Source of the DNA: an uncultured Flavobacteriales bacterium | GTDB lineage: Bacteria > Bacteroidota > Bacteroidia > Flavobacteriales > BACL11 | Reading direction: 5' to 3' | DNA: 64,000 bases | NCBI GenBank assembly: GCA_938073745.1 | Contig: CALJFR010000003.1 | Span: forward strand, 1,049 to 65,048 | Shown: positions 1 through 10,695 of the stretch, piece by piece | Numbering within the stretch: the stretch's first letter is position 1 | Layout: every line of letters begins with the position of its first letter | Position numbers and translations under genes: made by a program | Notes under the pieces: generated by a model | Told to the model about the DNA's origin: nothing | The model's input: only the letters and a program-made list of their open reading frames with translations | Databases searched by the model: none

Positions 1-2549
1 AAATTATTTTCACTAATAGAAATATTAATACTTTCAGAAACAGGATTTGGATAAACATTTAATTCTAATTCATCTGCAATAATATCATTTGAAGACAACA
101 AAATATTGGAAGAATTAAGATTAATTTGATACACACCATTTCCATATGTTGCAACAACAAGTAAATTGTCAGATCTTCTAAATTGAATATCCTCAACAAT
201 TGTTGAGCCAAACTCTTCAAATCCAATCTGATACCATATGGTGTTTAAACCATCTAAATCTCTTGTTCCAAATAATCCTATTGTGGTTCCAACAAGATAA
301 AGTGTATCATCATCAAAAGGAATAATTGCCGCTGTTCTACAAGATGGCCCATCTCCAGAACCAGTAGATGAATCTTCAAGATTTCCTGCTATTTTTTCCC
401 ATGATTGTCCTCCATCTAAACTATGAAATAATGAATATATACTGTAATTTGAGTATACACAAATAATTTCTTCTGCATTATCAGGGTTAATTGCAATGTC
501 AGCAGTAAATGAGTTAGATCCAGTAGGAGGCCCTGTAAGAATTGTTTTTGGCGGATCACCTACGCTAGCATTATCTATCCTATACATATACTTCGATGTG
601 GTTCCAAAATATAAAATATCAGGAGGATTAACGGAAGAATTAAGTGTAGAAATATCCATTTGAGTTTGTAAAGAATCACTGAAAAAATCCCAACCAAAAT
701 CAGATTTACTATTAGAATTATTATATGGAATTGTGTTTAAAGAATTATGTCTCCAAATCTTATTACTTTCTGACCAGTAAAGAACATTATCGTTATTCTC
801 GTCCATTGTCATAGGATTTTTCCATCGATAATTAGTACTATCACATGAAGCAGGATCCATTCTTTGAAAAGCAGTTGCTGCCCCAGTATTATCTAATTTC
901 ATTTTATATAGTACTCCACGCTGGATAGACAAATAAAAATCTTCTTCATTATCTGCAATACCACCTATCATTCCATCACCATTAAATGGCATTTTCCAAG
1001 TCGAATTAGAATTTGATGAAAAAGTCACTCTATTTCCATTATCCTGTAAACCAGCATGCATTACATCTGAATTTGCATTCTTACTAATAGTTGTAGTATA
1101 TAATTGAGTGGTATTATAGCCATTATTAAGAGAAATCCAGTCTACTGTATCTTTAAATACATTAAGAGTTTTATATACTCCCCCATCATTTCCGTTTAAA
1201 AGAATGTCGTCATTAGATGGTAAATAAATAATTTCATGCTGATCGGGATGATGATTTTCATAAGACCCCCAATTTCCATGTCCTTCAACTGAACCAGCCA
1301 TATATCCACCAATTATAGAAGTATTATTTGGAGAGGTAAAACCATCGGTTGACCTCCAAAGATTTGTACCTCCAAGAATTATAAGATTTGTATCTGTTGG
1401 ATGAACACTTACTAAAAGATCGTAAGACCCCTGAGCATTGAAATTATCAAATGAAGATGGATTATTTGCAGGAATATTAGCTGATAAATCTGTCCATCTT
1501 CCACCAGTACCTGTTCCGTCTCCAGAAAGATATTCATATTTCCATAATGATGACCATGTACTTCCATTAAAAAAAGTCTGACTATACTGACCATATCCCG
1601 TAGTTTCAGCAGCAACAAAATAAATTACATTTTCGTTTGATGGACTTACTCCTATTTCAACCCTACTATAGCCAGGAGCAAATGTTGGTGGAACTATATT
1701 GCTCCAATTTTGACCATCGGCAGATCTCCAAATTCCTTTATCTGTACAGTTACTAGAAATAGTGGCATAAACTACTCCGGTTGATGTTACTTCAACATCT
1801 GTGTACTGATAATAATTACTATTTGCCCCACCTAATTGTTTTGACCAGCTTGTACCACCATCTTCAGTTCTATATATATCACCTCTAGTAGCAGCATAAA
1901 CAACATCCAAACTATCATTTGATGGATCTGTTTTTAAACTAAACATAAAATCAAAATCACCATCTAATGAGGTTGGAGTATTAGTTGTAGTCATTGGAAG
2001 AGAATCCCAAGACAAACCACCGTCAATAGATTTCCATACTCCATTTCCATATAAAGATACATTTATCACATATGAACCTCTATTTTCTCCTGTCCCAAAA
2101 TACCATATATTTTCCTTACCTGGCCTTCTATCCTGAGTTAGACAGCTAATTCTATGTTCCTGGCTTGGGTCTGTTGTCATATCCCATGATTGACCACCAT
2201 CAGTTGAACGAAACATTCCTCCGGAAGCCCCTCCTGCTAAAATGGTGTTTTCATCTAAAACATCAAGACATAATGCCCTAGTTCTTCCCCCAACATTATA
2301 TGGGCCTCTGTGCTGCCAATTATTTTTAGAAAAAGAATTAGACTTTGGCAAATTTTTAGAAAAAAGAAGTTCTTTCTGTCTAATATTTTTTGGAATCTTT
2401 CCAGTTATTGGGTCAGCTAATCTTTGTATCTCCCAGTCTACTCTTTCTTGTGAGCTTTCCGAAGGATATAGAGCCATCTTTTGTTGTTTTTCTTGACATG
2501 AAAAGAACAATATCAAACAACACAAAATAATTAAACGCATAGAATTCAT
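1..2549 (-). CDS. BNR/Asp-box repeat lipoprotein with T9SS C-terminal sorting domain (3' end runs off the window; absent from supplied ORF track)
   Basis: Hand translation of the minus strand from ATG 2549 (alternative ATG 2540) stays open to position 1. It begins MNSMRLIILCCLILFFSCQEKQQKMALYPS, a signal peptide with a lipobox Cys. It has repeated Asp-box S-x-D-x-G-x-x-W motifs (STDGGQSWD, SIDGGLSWD, TEDGGTSWS, SADGQNWS, SLDGGQSWE). The last visible residues, ELNVYPNPVSESINISISENN, match the start of a type-A T9SS CTD. It is probably missing from the track because no stop codon lies inside the window. Confidence 0.8.
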   Translation of the reverse strand, partial: MNSMRLIILCCLILFFSCQEKQQKMALYPSESSQERVDWEIQRLADPITGKIPKNIRQKELLFSKNLPKSNSFSKNNWQHRGPYNVGGRTRALCLDVLDENTILAGGASGGMFRSTDGGQSWDMTTDPSQEHRISCLTQDRRPGKENIWYFGTGENRGSYVINVSLYGNGVWKSIDGGLSWDSLPMTTTNTPTSLDGDFDFMFSLKTDPSNDSLDVVYAATRGDIYRTEDGGTSWSKQLGGANSNYYQYTDVEVTSTGVVYATISSNCTDKGIWRSADGQNWSNIVPPTFAPGYSRVEIGVSPSNENVIYFVAAETTGYGQYSQTFFNGSTWSSLWKYEYLSGDGTGTGGRWTDLSANIPANNPSSFDNFNAQGSYDLLVSVHPTDTNLIILGGTNLWRSTDGFTSPNNTSIIGGYMAGSVEGHGNWGSYENHHPDQHEIIYLPSNDDILLNGNDGGVYKTLNVFKDTVDWISLNNGYNTTQLYTTTISKNANSDVMHAGLQDNGNRVTFSSNSNSTWKMPFNGDGMIGGIADNEEDFYLSIQRGVLYKMKLDNTGAATAFQRMDPASCDSTNYRWKNPMTMDENNDNVLYWSESNKIWRHNSLNTIPYNNSNSKSDFGWDFFSDSLQTQMDISTLNSSVNPPDILYFGTTSKYMYRIDNASVGDPPKTILTGPPTGSNSFTADIAINPDNAEEIICVYSNYSIYSLFHSLDGGQSWEKIAGNLEDSSTGSGDGPSCRTAAIIPFDDDTLYLVGTTIGLFGTRDLDGLNTIWYQIGFEEFGSTIVEDIQFRRSDNLLVVATYGNGVYQINLNSSNILLSSNDIIADELELNVYPNPVSESINISISENN

Positions 2550-2606
2550 ATTTTTTATTGTAAAAATATCATTTTATTTGTTAATATAAAATCATTTCTA
2601 AAAGTG

Positions 2607-2614
2607 TAAATTTG
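2607..2614 (+). promoter_or_regulatory. Bacteroidota-type -7 box TAAATTTG(CA) upstream of icmF
   Basis: Exact match to TAnnTTTG, 21 nt upstream of ATG 2636. No properly spaced -33 TTTG was seen. Confidence 0.45.
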
Positions 2615-2635
2615 CACTCGAATCACAAACTAAAA

Positions 2636-5600
2636 ATGCAAAAAATCCCTATATACAAACCAAAAAATAAGGTGAGAATAGTAACAGCTGCAAGCCTATT
2701 TGATGGTCACGATGCTGCTATCAATATAATGCGAAGAATTATTCAATCTACTGGTTGTGAAGTGATTCATCTTGGTCATGATAGAAGTGTAGAGGAAGTT
2801 GTTGACTGTGCTATAGAGGAAGATGCTAATTCAATTGCAATGACATCGTATCAAGGAGGTCACATTGAATATTTAAAATATATGTTTGATCTTTTAAAAC
2901 AAAAGAATGCTAGTCAGATCAAAATATTTGCTGGTGGAGGAGGAACTATTTTACCTAACGAAATAAAAGAACTAGAAAAATATGGAATCACCAAAATTTA
3001 TCATCCTGACGATGGTAGAAAAATGGGGCTTCAAGGAATGATAAATGATTTAGTAGAAAAATCAGACTTTCCGTTAGGCAAAAACATTGAAAAAAAAGAT
3101 TTAATTAATAAGATTCAAAAAAAAGACTGCAATACAATAGCAAGATTAATATCTGCTGTAGAAAATTATCCAAAAGAACATAGCGAATCAATTAAATTAG
3201 TTCAGAAAAATGCAGAAAAATCTAAAACACCTGTCTTAGGTATTACTGGAACTGGTGGTGCTGGAAAATCTTCACTTGTAGATGAACTTGTTAGAAGATT
3301 TATTCTAGATTTTAATGATAAAGAGATTGCTATTATTTCTGTTGACCCGTCAAAAAGAAAAACTGGTGGGGCACTACTTGGTGATAGAATTCGAATGAAT
3401 TCAATAAAATCAAGTAGAGTTTATATGAGATCTTTAGCAACAAGACAAGCAAATCTGGCTTTATCAGCTCATGTAAATGAAGCTATTAATATTCTAAAAG
3501 TAGCTAATTTTGATCTAATAATACTCGAAACATCAGGCATTGGGCAGTCTGACACAGAAATTATAGAGCACTCTGATATTTCTCTTTATGTCATGACTCC
3601 TGAATATGGAGCTGCAACCCAATTAGAAAAAATTGATATGCTTGATTTTGCAGATTTAATTGCAATAAACAAATTTGATAAAAAAGGAAGTTTAGATGCA
3701 TTACGTGATGTACAAAAACAGTATCAAAGAAATAATCAAAGATTTGATGAAAATATTGAAGACATGCCTGTTTATGGAACAATTGCTTCTCAGTTTAATG
3801 ATCCAGGCACAAACACATTATATAAAGAAGTAATGAAAAAATTCCAGGATGAAAAAATTGGAAATTTTAACTCTTCTTATGAAATAAGCGATGAAATGTC
3901 TGAAAAGATTTATGTAATTCCTTCACAAAGAATAAGGTATCTTTCAGAAATTGCAGAAAACAATAGAGCATATGACAAGTGGGTAATTGAACAAAAAAAA
4001 ATAGCTCAAAAATTATACGTTCTTGACGAGTCTATTAAAATTTTAGATAATGGTTTTGAGAAAACAAAAAAGGATTTACTAAAAAAATACAATGAACTTT
4101 TAACAGATCTAGACCCAAAAAACAAGCTCTTAATTGATAATTGGCCTAAATTAATACAAAAATATAAATCAGAGATTTTTACTTATAACGTAAGATCAAA
4201 AACGTTATCTATTAAAACCCATACTACATCACTTTCAAATACAAATATCCCTAAGGTTACTCTTCCTAAATATGAAGGTTGGGGTAATATTTTACAATGG
4301 CAATTACAAGAAAATGTACCCGGAGAATTTCCTTTTACAGCTGGCCTATTTCCTTTTAAAAGAGAAGGTGAAGACCCAACAAGAATGTTTGCTGGTGAAG
4401 GTGGTCCTGAAAGAACAAATAGGAGATTTCATTATGTTAGTTTAGATATGGAGGCAAAAAGACTATCTACCGCATTTGATTCTGTTACTCTTTACGGAAA
4501 TGATCCTGGAAAAAGGCCAGACATTTATGGTAAAATTGGAAATGCTGGAGTATCAATTTGCTGTTTAGATGATATGAAAAAACTCTATTCAGGATTTGAA
4601 CTTACAAATCCTAAAACTTCAGTAAGTATGACAATTAATGGGCCTGCTCCTATCCTTCTTGCATATTTTATGAATACAGCTATTGATCAAGAATGTGAAA
4701 AATATATTTTCAAAAATAAGCTTGAGAAAGATGTTACAAAAAAAATAGAAGATTATTATAAAAAACAAGGCACTAAAAGACCTGAATATCAAGGTGACAT
4801 TCCAGAAGGAAATAAAGGTCTTGGATTATTCCTGTTGGGAATAACTGGAGACAAAGTTCTACCAAATGATATTTACAACAAAATTGCTAAAAACACACTA
4901 AATCAAGTTAGAGGAACGGTTCAAGCTGATATTTTAAAAGAGGACCAAGCTCAAAATACATGTATTTTTAGTACGGAATTTGCATTACGTATGATGGGAG
5001 ATGTTCAAGAATATTTTATTAGTAAAGAAATAAGGAACTTTTATTCTGTATCGATTTCTGGATACCATATTGCTGAGGCTGGAGCTAATCCAATTTCACA
5101 ACTTGCATTTACACTTTCTAATGGATTTACATATGTAGAATACTACTTAAGTAGAGGGATGGATATTAATGAATTTGGGCCTAACTTATCATTCTTTTTC
5201 AGCAATGGTATTGATCCTGAATATTCAGTTATTGGAAGAGTAGCAAGAAAAATATGGTCAAAAGCAATGAAACATAAGTACGGAGCAAACAAAAGAGCTC
5301 AAATGCTTAAATATCATATTCAAACTTCAGGGAGATCACTACATGCTCAAGAAATAGACTTCAATGATATAAGAACAACACTTCAAGCACTGTATGCTAT
5401 TTATGACAACTGTAATTCTCTACATACCAATGCATATGATGAAGCAATTACAACTCCTACCGAAGAATCAGTTCGAAGAGCTATGGCTATTCAACTTATT
5501 ATTAATAAGGAACTTGGATTAACAAAGAATGAAAATCCTCTTCAAGGTTCATTTATTATTGAAGAATTAACAGACCTTGTAGAAGAAGCAGTTCTTATTG

Positions 5601-6010
5601 AATTTGATAGAATAACAGAGAGAGGTGGAGTTCTTGGTGCTATGGAGACTATGTACCAAAGAAGCAAAATTCAAGAAGAATCTCTTCACTATGAAACTTT
5701 AAAACATACTGGCGAATTCCCAATTATTGGTGTTAATACATTTATGAACAAAAAAGGATCACCTACAATAATTCCTAATGAAGTAATTCGAGCTACAAGA
5801 GAAGAAAAAGAATATCAAATTAAAATGTTAGAGCAACTTCACAAAACAAATAAAAAAGATGCTACCAAAAAATTAATTAATGTTCAACAAGCAGCTATAC
5901 TTAACAAGAATATTTTTGAAGAGCTAATGGAAACTTCAAAAACATGTTCCTTGGGTGAAATATCTAATAGCTTATTTGAAGTTGGTGGTCAATATAGAAG
6001 AAATATGTAA
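2636..6010 (+). CDS. icmF: Fused isobutyryl-CoA mutase IcmF (B12-binding domain + MeaB-like GTPase + mutase catalytic domain)
   Basis: The N-terminus has a B12-binding signature ([23 protein letters not shown]). The centre has a G-domain P-loop ([17 protein letters not shown]). The C-terminal ~600 aa are methylmalonyl-CoA-mutase-like. The track start TTG 2612 lies inside the -7 box, so ATG 2636 ([10 protein letters not shown]) is preferred. Confidence 0.9.
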   Translation: MQKIPIYKPKNKVRIVTAASLFDGHDAAINIMRRIIQSTGCEVIHLGHDRSVEEVVDCAIEEDANSIAMTSYQGGHIEYLKYMFDLLKQKNASQIKIFAGGGGTILPNEIKELEKYGITKIYHPDDGRKMGLQGMINDLVEKSDFPLGKNIEKKDLINKIQKKDCNTIARLISAVENYPKEHSESIKLVQKNAEKSKTPVLGITGTGGAGKSSLVDELVRRFILDFNDKEIAIISVDPSKRKTGGALLGDRIRMNSIKSSRVYMRSLATRQANLALSAHVNEAINILKVANFDLIILETSGIGQSDTEIIEHSDISLYVMTPEYGAATQLEKIDMLDFADLIAINKFDKKGSLDALRDVQKQYQRNNQRFDENIEDMPVYGTIASQFNDPGTNTLYKEVMKKFQDEKIGNFNSSYEISDEMSEKIYVIPSQRIRYLSEIAENNRAYDKWVIEQKKIAQKLYVLDESIKILDNGFEKTKKDLLKKYNELLTDLDPKNKLLIDNWPKLIQKYKSEIFTYNVRSKTLSIKTHTTSLSNTNIPKVTLPKYEGWGNILQWQLQENVPGEFPFTAGLFPFKREGEDPTRMFAGEGGPERTNRRFHYVSLDMEAKRLSTAFDSVTLYGNDPGKRPDIYGKIGNAGVSICCLDDMKKLYSGFELTNPKTSVSMTINGPAPILLAYFMNTAIDQECEKYIFKNKLEKDVTKKIEDYYKKQGTKRPEYQGDIPEGNKGLGLFLLGITGDKVLPNDIYNKIAKNTLNQVRGTVQADILKEDQAQNTCIFSTEFALRMMGDVQEYFISKEIRNFYSVSISGYHIAEAGANPISQLAFTLSNGFTYVEYYLSRGMDINEFGPNLSFFFSNGIDPEYSVIGRVARKIWSKAMKHKYGANKRAQMLKYHIQTSGRSLHAQEIDFNDIRTTLQALYAIYDNCNSLHTNAYDEAITTPTEESVRRAMAIQLIINKELGLTKNENPLQGSFIIEELTDLVEEAVLIEFDRITERGGVLGAMETMYQRSKIQEESLHYETLKHTGEFPIIGVNTFMNKKGSPTIIPNEVIRATREEKEYQIKMLEQLHKTNKKDATKKLINVQQAAILNKNIFEELMETSKTCSLGEISNSLFEVGGQYRRNM

Positions 6011-6019
6011 TTTATTGAA

Positions 6020-7564
6020 ATGAAAATAATTAAAATTTTTCTCTTTATTTTTTTTCCACTGTCATTAGTTAGCCAAAGTATTGATGAAATATTCTTAACT
6101 AAAAACGAAATATATTTTTCTTTTGAGTATCAAAAAAAATCAGAACTAGATAAATATTCCAAAATAATATCTTTAGATCACAGGATAGATAAAAATACAG
6201 CATACGCTTATGCCAATAAGAAGCAATTTGAAAATTTTATCAAGCTTAATATTGAATATGAAATTATTGATAACAGTTTTTTTTATAATAACCAATCTAA
6301 AAACAATTGGGACTATTACCCTACATACAATCAATATGTTAATATGATGTATGCTTTTGCTGATTCTTTTCCACAGATATGTAAGATTCATTCACTGGGA
6401 ACACTGAGCTCAGGAAGAGAAATTTTAATTTTAAATATGTCAGATAATATTAATCAAAAAGAAAATGAACCATCATTTTTATACACCTCATCCATGCATG
6501 GTGATGAACTTACTGGATATGTGTTAATGTTAAGATTTATTGATGATATTTTAAATAAATATAATGTAGATAGTAGAATTACCAATTTAGTAAATGAAAT
6601 TGATATTTGGATAAACCCTTTAGCAAATCCTGATGGTGCCTATGCTGGAGGAAATAATAATGTTTGGGGAGCAACAAGGTCTAATGCAAATTTTGTTGAT
6701 TTAAACAGAAATTATCCTGACCCACAAGATGGACAACACCCAGATGGAAATCCTTGGCAAGACGAAACATTAATGTTTATGGGTTTAGCTGACACAATTA
6801 GTTTTAATCTTTCTTCTAACCTTCACACAGGAGCTGTTGTTGCAAATTATCCATGGGACACATGGTCACAATTAACTGCTGATGATAACTGGTGGCAACA
6901 TGTGTGTAATGAATATGCAGATACATGTCAAATCTATGGAGGCTCAAATTATTTCTCAAATTTTAATGATGGTATTGTCAATGGTAATGATTGGTATGAA
7001 ATAGATGGTGGAAGACAGGACTATATGAATTATTTCAAACAGTGTAGAGAATTTACTTTAGAACTTTCTAATGATAAGACACCAAATCCACAAGATCTAC
7101 CCTCTTTTTGGAATGCAACACATCCCTCGTTTTATAACTATATGGAACAATCTCTTTTTGGATTAAGAGGAATTATAACAGATAGCATAACAGGCCTACC
7201 TCTAAAAGCAAAAGTTGAAGTTATAAACCATGATATGGATAGTTCTCACGTATATTCAAGCTTACCAATTGGAAATTATCATAGATATATATTTCAAGGA
7301 AGTTATCAATTTCAGTTTAGCAAAAGTGGTTATCACAGTAAAACAATAAATGCGTCTGTGCTAAACAACAGCACTACTTATCTTGATGTTCAGTTAGTTC
7401 CAATAAATTTCGTGAATTATGACAATATAAATACTAACTCTAATATTAAATACGTTATTGAGTCAGTAGATATTTTAGGAAAAAAATCTAAGAATCAATT
7501 AAATAAAATAAAAATTGATGTTTTCAAAAATGGTACAAGCTCAAAAAAAATAATAATTAATTAA
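6020..7564 (+). CDS. Secreted M14-family zinc carboxypeptidase with CarboxypepD_reg-like domain
   Basis: Signal peptide. M14 motifs HGDELTG (HxxE), NPDG and NRNYP. A beta-sandwich-like segment GIITDSITGLPLKAKVEV. The extreme C-terminus (VDILGKK...KKIIIN) only weakly resembles a T9SS CTD. Confidence 0.85.
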   Translation: MKIIKIFLFIFFPLSLVSQSIDEIFLTKNEIYFSFEYQKKSELDKYSKIISLDHRIDKNTAYAYANKKQFENFIKLNIEYEIIDNSFFYNNQSKNNWDYYPTYNQYVNMMYAFADSFPQICKIHSLGTLSSGREILILNMSDNINQKENEPSFLYTSSMHGDELTGYVLMLRFIDDILNKYNVDSRITNLVNEIDIWINPLANPDGAYAGGNNNVWGATRSNANFVDLNRNYPDPQDGQHPDGNPWQDETLMFMGLADTISFNLSSNLHTGAVVANYPWDTWSQLTADDNWWQHVCNEYADTCQIYGGSNYFSNFNDGIVNGNDWYEIDGGRQDYMNYFKQCREFTLELSNDKTPNPQDLPSFWNATHPSFYNYMEQSLFGLRGIITDSITGLPLKAKVEVINHDMDSSHVYSSLPIGNYHRYIFQGSYQFQFSKSGYHSKTINASVLNNSTTYLDVQLVPINFVNYDNINTNSNIKYVIESVDILGKKSKNQLNKIKIDVFKNGTSSKKIIIN

Positions 7565-7575
7565 ACTTAAAAAAA

Positions 7576-8202
7576 ATGAAAAAATTACTTCTAATTCTTC
7601 TTTCCCTACCTTTAATAATAGTAGCCCAATATGGTGAAAAAAATGAAAAATCTCAGTTTAAAACAATTGAGATTAATAGTGAGATGCCTAATATGGATCA
7701 AAAGTTAAAATCGATTAATGGTTATTCATATTCATTAGAGTCAATTTCTGAAAAAAATGGATTAATTGTGATTTTTACTTCAAATACTTGTCCATTTGTA
7801 ATTAAATGGGAAGATAGATATACAATGGTCGAGGAGTTAGCGAAAAAAAACAACCTTGGTTTAGCATATATAAATTCAAATTATAAAAAAAGAGATGGTG
7901 ATGATTCATTTACAAAAATGAAAGAACATGCAAAAAAATATAATTATAGAGCCCCATACCTTCTTGATAAAGAAAGTAAACTAGCCAATTCTTTTGGTGC
8001 TAAAACTACACCTCACGTTTTTATGTTTAATAAAGCATTTCAATTAATTTATAAAGGAGCTATTGATGATAATTATAAAGATATTAATGAAGTAAAAAAG
8101 TTTTATTTAAAAGATGCTATTGAACAATTATCAAGTGGTGAAAAAATAAAAGTTAGTGAAACTGATCCTGTAGGTTGTAGTATCAAAAGATTCAAACCAT
8201 AA
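7576..8202 (+). CDS. Thioredoxin-fold protein, PRX-like1 type (single Cys, CPFV)
   Basis: Signal peptide, then IVIFTSNTCPFV ... TTPHVFMF ... YKGAIDD, the pattern of peroxiredoxin-like/thioredoxin family proteins. Confidence 0.7.
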   Translation: MKKLLLILLSLPLIIVAQYGEKNEKSQFKTIEINSEMPNMDQKLKSINGYSYSLESISEKNGLIVIFTSNTCPFVIKWEDRYTMVEELAKKNNLGLAYINSNYKKRDGDDSFTKMKEHAKKYNYRAPYLLDKESKLANSFGAKTTPHVFMFNKAFQLIYKGAIDDNYKDINEVKKFYLKDAIEQLSSGEKIKVSETDPVGCSIKRFKP

Positions 8203-9093
8203 ATGTATGATGTTGTAATTCTTACTGATAAAAGATACGAGGAACCTAAATCTATAAATTGGTATATACAACAAGTTTTAACAGAAGATCAATTATTACT
8301 TCTAGAATTAGAGAAACTTGGCTTAAGAGTTATAAAAAAGGCATGGAATTCACTAGATTTTAATTGGTCAGAAACTAAGTTTGCTATTTTCAGATCAACC
8401 TGGGACTACTTTGACAAATTCAGAGACTTTAAAACATGGTTAGAAAAAGTAAAAGAGGAAACTACTTTTATTAACTCATATGAACTAATCAACTGGAATC
8501 TAGATAAAAAATACCTAATTGAATTAAATAAAAAAGGAATTAATATTCCAACTTCTGAAGTCATAACAAAAGAAAATAATCTAACTTTAGAGTGCTTGTT
8601 TAAAAAGTATGACTTTAATGAAGCTATAATTAAACCAACAATTTCAGGTGCTGCAAGAGAAACCTATAAAATTTCAAAAAATAATTTTCATAAGTATGAA
8701 AAGAAATTTTTTGATCTTAAATCTAAAGAAGATATAATATTTCAAGAATTTCTAAGCAATATCGTTAGTAAAGGAGAAACATCATTAATATTTATAGGTG
8801 AAAATTATACTCATGCTGTTAAAAAAATTGCAAAAAAAGGTGATTTTAGAGTGCAAGATGATCATGGAGGTAGCGTTGAAGTTTATAATGCAAATAAAGA
8901 AGAAATAATATTTGCTAAAAGTTGCTTAAATAAATGTCCAACTCTACCAATTTACTCTAGGGTGGATATTATTTATGATAATAACAATGAGATTTCTTTA
9001 GGGGAATTAGAGATGATAGAACCTGAGCTATGGTTTAGAAATAATAAAGATGCTGCTAAATTGTTAGCTAATGAAATATATAAACTTTATTAA
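8203..9093 (+). CDS. Conserved hypothetical, possibly ATP-grasp (glutathione-synthetase/RimK-like) fold
   Basis: 296-aa ORF whose ATG directly abuts the previous stop (TAAATG). The fold assignment is a weak impression only, and no catalytic motif was verified by eye. Confidence 0.45.
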   Translation: MYDVVILTDKRYEEPKSINWYIQQVLTEDQLLLLELEKLGLRVIKKAWNSLDFNWSETKFAIFRSTWDYFDKFRDFKTWLEKVKEETTFINSYELINWNLDKKYLIELNKKGINIPTSEVITKENNLTLECLFKKYDFNEAIIKPTISGAARETYKISKNNFHKYEKKFFDLKSKEDIIFQEFLSNIVSKGETSLIFIGENYTHAVKKIAKKGDFRVQDDHGGSVEVYNANKEEIIFAKSCLNKCPTLPIYSRVDIIYDNNNEISLGELEMIEPELWFRNNKDAAKLLANEIYKLY

Positions 9094-9684
9094 TTATTTT
9101 TCTGAAACAAGGAAAACATCAAATTCCATGTCATCATAAATAATTTTATCACCTAAATCTTTGAAGATATTTCCTGATTTATATTCAACTCCCCACTTAG
9201 TTCTGTCAATAATAATTTTAGCAATAGCTGTATAGGAGTTTCTATTTATCTTAATGTCAGCATTAAACGTTACTGGATTTGTAATTCCTTTGATAGTCAT
9301 ATTTCCCTTCATCTCAAATTGACTACCTTCAATATTTTTAACTCTATTAACTGTAAGTTTTGCTTCTGGAAACTTATTAACATCAAAGAAATCTTCGTCT
9401 TTAAGATGATCAACTAAGTATTTATTCTTTTTTTCAGATTCAATATCTGTACATGTAATTGATGTCATGTCAATTGTAAATTCACCTCCGACAAGATTTC
9501 CATGATCAAATGATAAATAACCATCTTTTAGAGTTACATTACCCGTATGTGAACCTGTAGGTTTACTTCCGGTCCAAATAACAGAAGAGTTCTTCTTATT
9601 AGCATTCACCTTATTAACATGTGTAGTAAATGAAAATAATGTTAAAATTGAAACGGATAATATATATGTAAATAATTTATTCAT
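9094..9684 (-). CDS. YceI-family periplasmic (polyisoprenoid-binding-like) protein
   Basis: Signal peptide. YceI-like pattern (GSHTGNVTLKDGYLSF, ITNPVTFNADI). Its stop codon directly abuts the convergent stop at 9093. Confidence 0.75.
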   Translation of the reverse strand: MNKLFTYILSVSILTLFSFTTHVNKVNANKKNSSVIWTGSKPTGSHTGNVTLKDGYLSFDHGNLVGGEFTIDMTSITCTDIESEKKNKYLVDHLKDEDFFDVNKFPEAKLTVNRVKNIEGSQFEMKGNMTIKGITNPVTFNADIKINRNSYTAIAKIIIDRTKWGVEYKSGNIFKDLGDKIIYDDMEFDVFLVSEK

Positions 9685-9700
9685 GATTATATTTTTTTGA

Positions 9701-9708
9701 CAAATTTA
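9701..9708 (-). promoter_or_regulatory. -7 box TAAATTTG upstream of yceI-like gene
   Basis: The reverse complement of caaattta is TAAATTTG, 16 nt upstream of ATG 9684. Confidence 0.4.
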
Positions 9709-9770
9709 AATAAATTTACGTAACTATAAACATAGATATATAGTTTTTTTAAAAAAAACTTATACAAAAT

Positions 9771-10193
9771 ATGATTGGAATAAAAAAAATATTATTTACT
9801 GATAAAAATGAAATACAAAAATGTTTCAAAATCAGAAAAACAGTTTTTGTAGAAGAACAAAATTGTGATCCAAAGGATGAATATGAGTTTGAAGAAGAAT
9901 CAATCCATTATTTACTTATTAAAAAAAATATCCCAATAGCAACTGCTAGATACAGAAAAACTAAAAATGGTATTAAAATGGAAAGATTTGCTGTATTAAA
10001 AGCAGAAAGAGGTAAAGGATATGGATTAAAAATATTACAACAGATGATTTTAGATTTATCTTGCTTAAAGGCAATAAAATACTTACACGCTCAGGAACAG
10101 GTTGTAGAATTTTATGAAAAAGTAGGATTTAAAAAGATTGGAGAGAAATTTGATGAAGTAGGTATAATGCATTACAAGATGATATTAGAATAA
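9771..10193 (+). CDS. GNAT-family N-acetyltransferase
   Basis: 140 aa with the acetyl-CoA pocket motif RGKGYGLKILQ. Confidence 0.8.
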   Translation: MIGIKKILFTDKNEIQKCFKIRKTVFVEEQNCDPKDEYEFEEESIHYLLIKKNIPIATARYRKTKNGIKMERFAVLKAERGKGYGLKILQQMILDLSCLKAIKYLHAQEQVVEFYEKVGFKKIGEKFDEVGIMHYKMILE

Positions 10194-10234
10194 ATATTAA
10201 TATTTAGTTTAAATTTGTACAATAAAAAAAAATT

Positions 10235-10693
10235 ATGAAAAAAATAGCCTACATTATTTTATCTACTATAATTATTTCTTGTTCTAATCAAACTACCGAA
10301 ATTCAAATTTTCGGTAATCAAGAGATGACTGAAGAAGGGAAAATTACTACTAAAGAATTACTTCAAACTTTATCTACAGAAGATTCTGCTTTTGTAAAAG
10401 TTGAAGCAGTAATTAATAGTATCTGTCAAAAGAAAGGATGTTGGATGTATGTAGATCTAGGCGATGAGAATGAAATGTTAGTTAGATTTAAAGATTATGG
10501 TTTTTTTGTTCCCATGGGAGCTTCGGGTAAAACAGCTGTAATTGAAGGATTAGCAAAAGTAGAAACATTGTCGGTTGAATGGCTTAAACACCTAAAAGAA
10601 GATGCTAATGCACCTCAAGAAGAAATTGATGCTATTACAGAGCCGGAAACAATATATAGTATTTCTGAAGCTACAGGAGTAATGATATACTAA
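10235..10693 (+). CDS. DUF4920-like lipoprotein
   Basis: Lipobox IIISC. The CQKKGCWMYV motif is one I associate with DUF4920. Confidence 0.65.
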   Translation: MKKIAYIILSTIIISCSNQTTEIQIFGNQEMTEEGKITTKELLQTLSTEDSAFVKVEAVINSICQKKGCWMYVDLGDENEMLVRFKDYGFFVPMGASGKTAVIEGLAKVETLSVEWLKHLKEDANAPQEEIDAITEPETIYSISEATGVMIY

Positions 10694-10695
10694 GC

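Noticed and set aside
1412-2496. Track ORFs 1412..1618 (-) and 2242..2496 (+) in the apparently empty left end
   Set aside because: Both lie inside, and out of frame with or antisense to, the long BNR-repeat reading frame 1..2549 (-). Their products are low-complexity shadow translations.
2612-2635. TTG 2612 as the icmF start (track call)
   Set aside because: The TTG is the last three bases of the TAAATTTG -7 box, so it would not be in the mRNA. ATG 2636 begins the conserved sequence.
2550-2635. Possible cobalamin riboswitch ahead of the B12-dependent icmF
   Set aside because: The gap is only 86 nt and AT-rich. It has no B12-box-like GC-rich core and is too short for the riboswitch.
9742-9760. 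Near-palindrome AGT7A8CT in the yceI/GNAT divergent region
   Set aside because: It is a homopolymer A/T run junction that is off by one base. It is likely just a bent AT tract, with no flanking operator-like half-sites.
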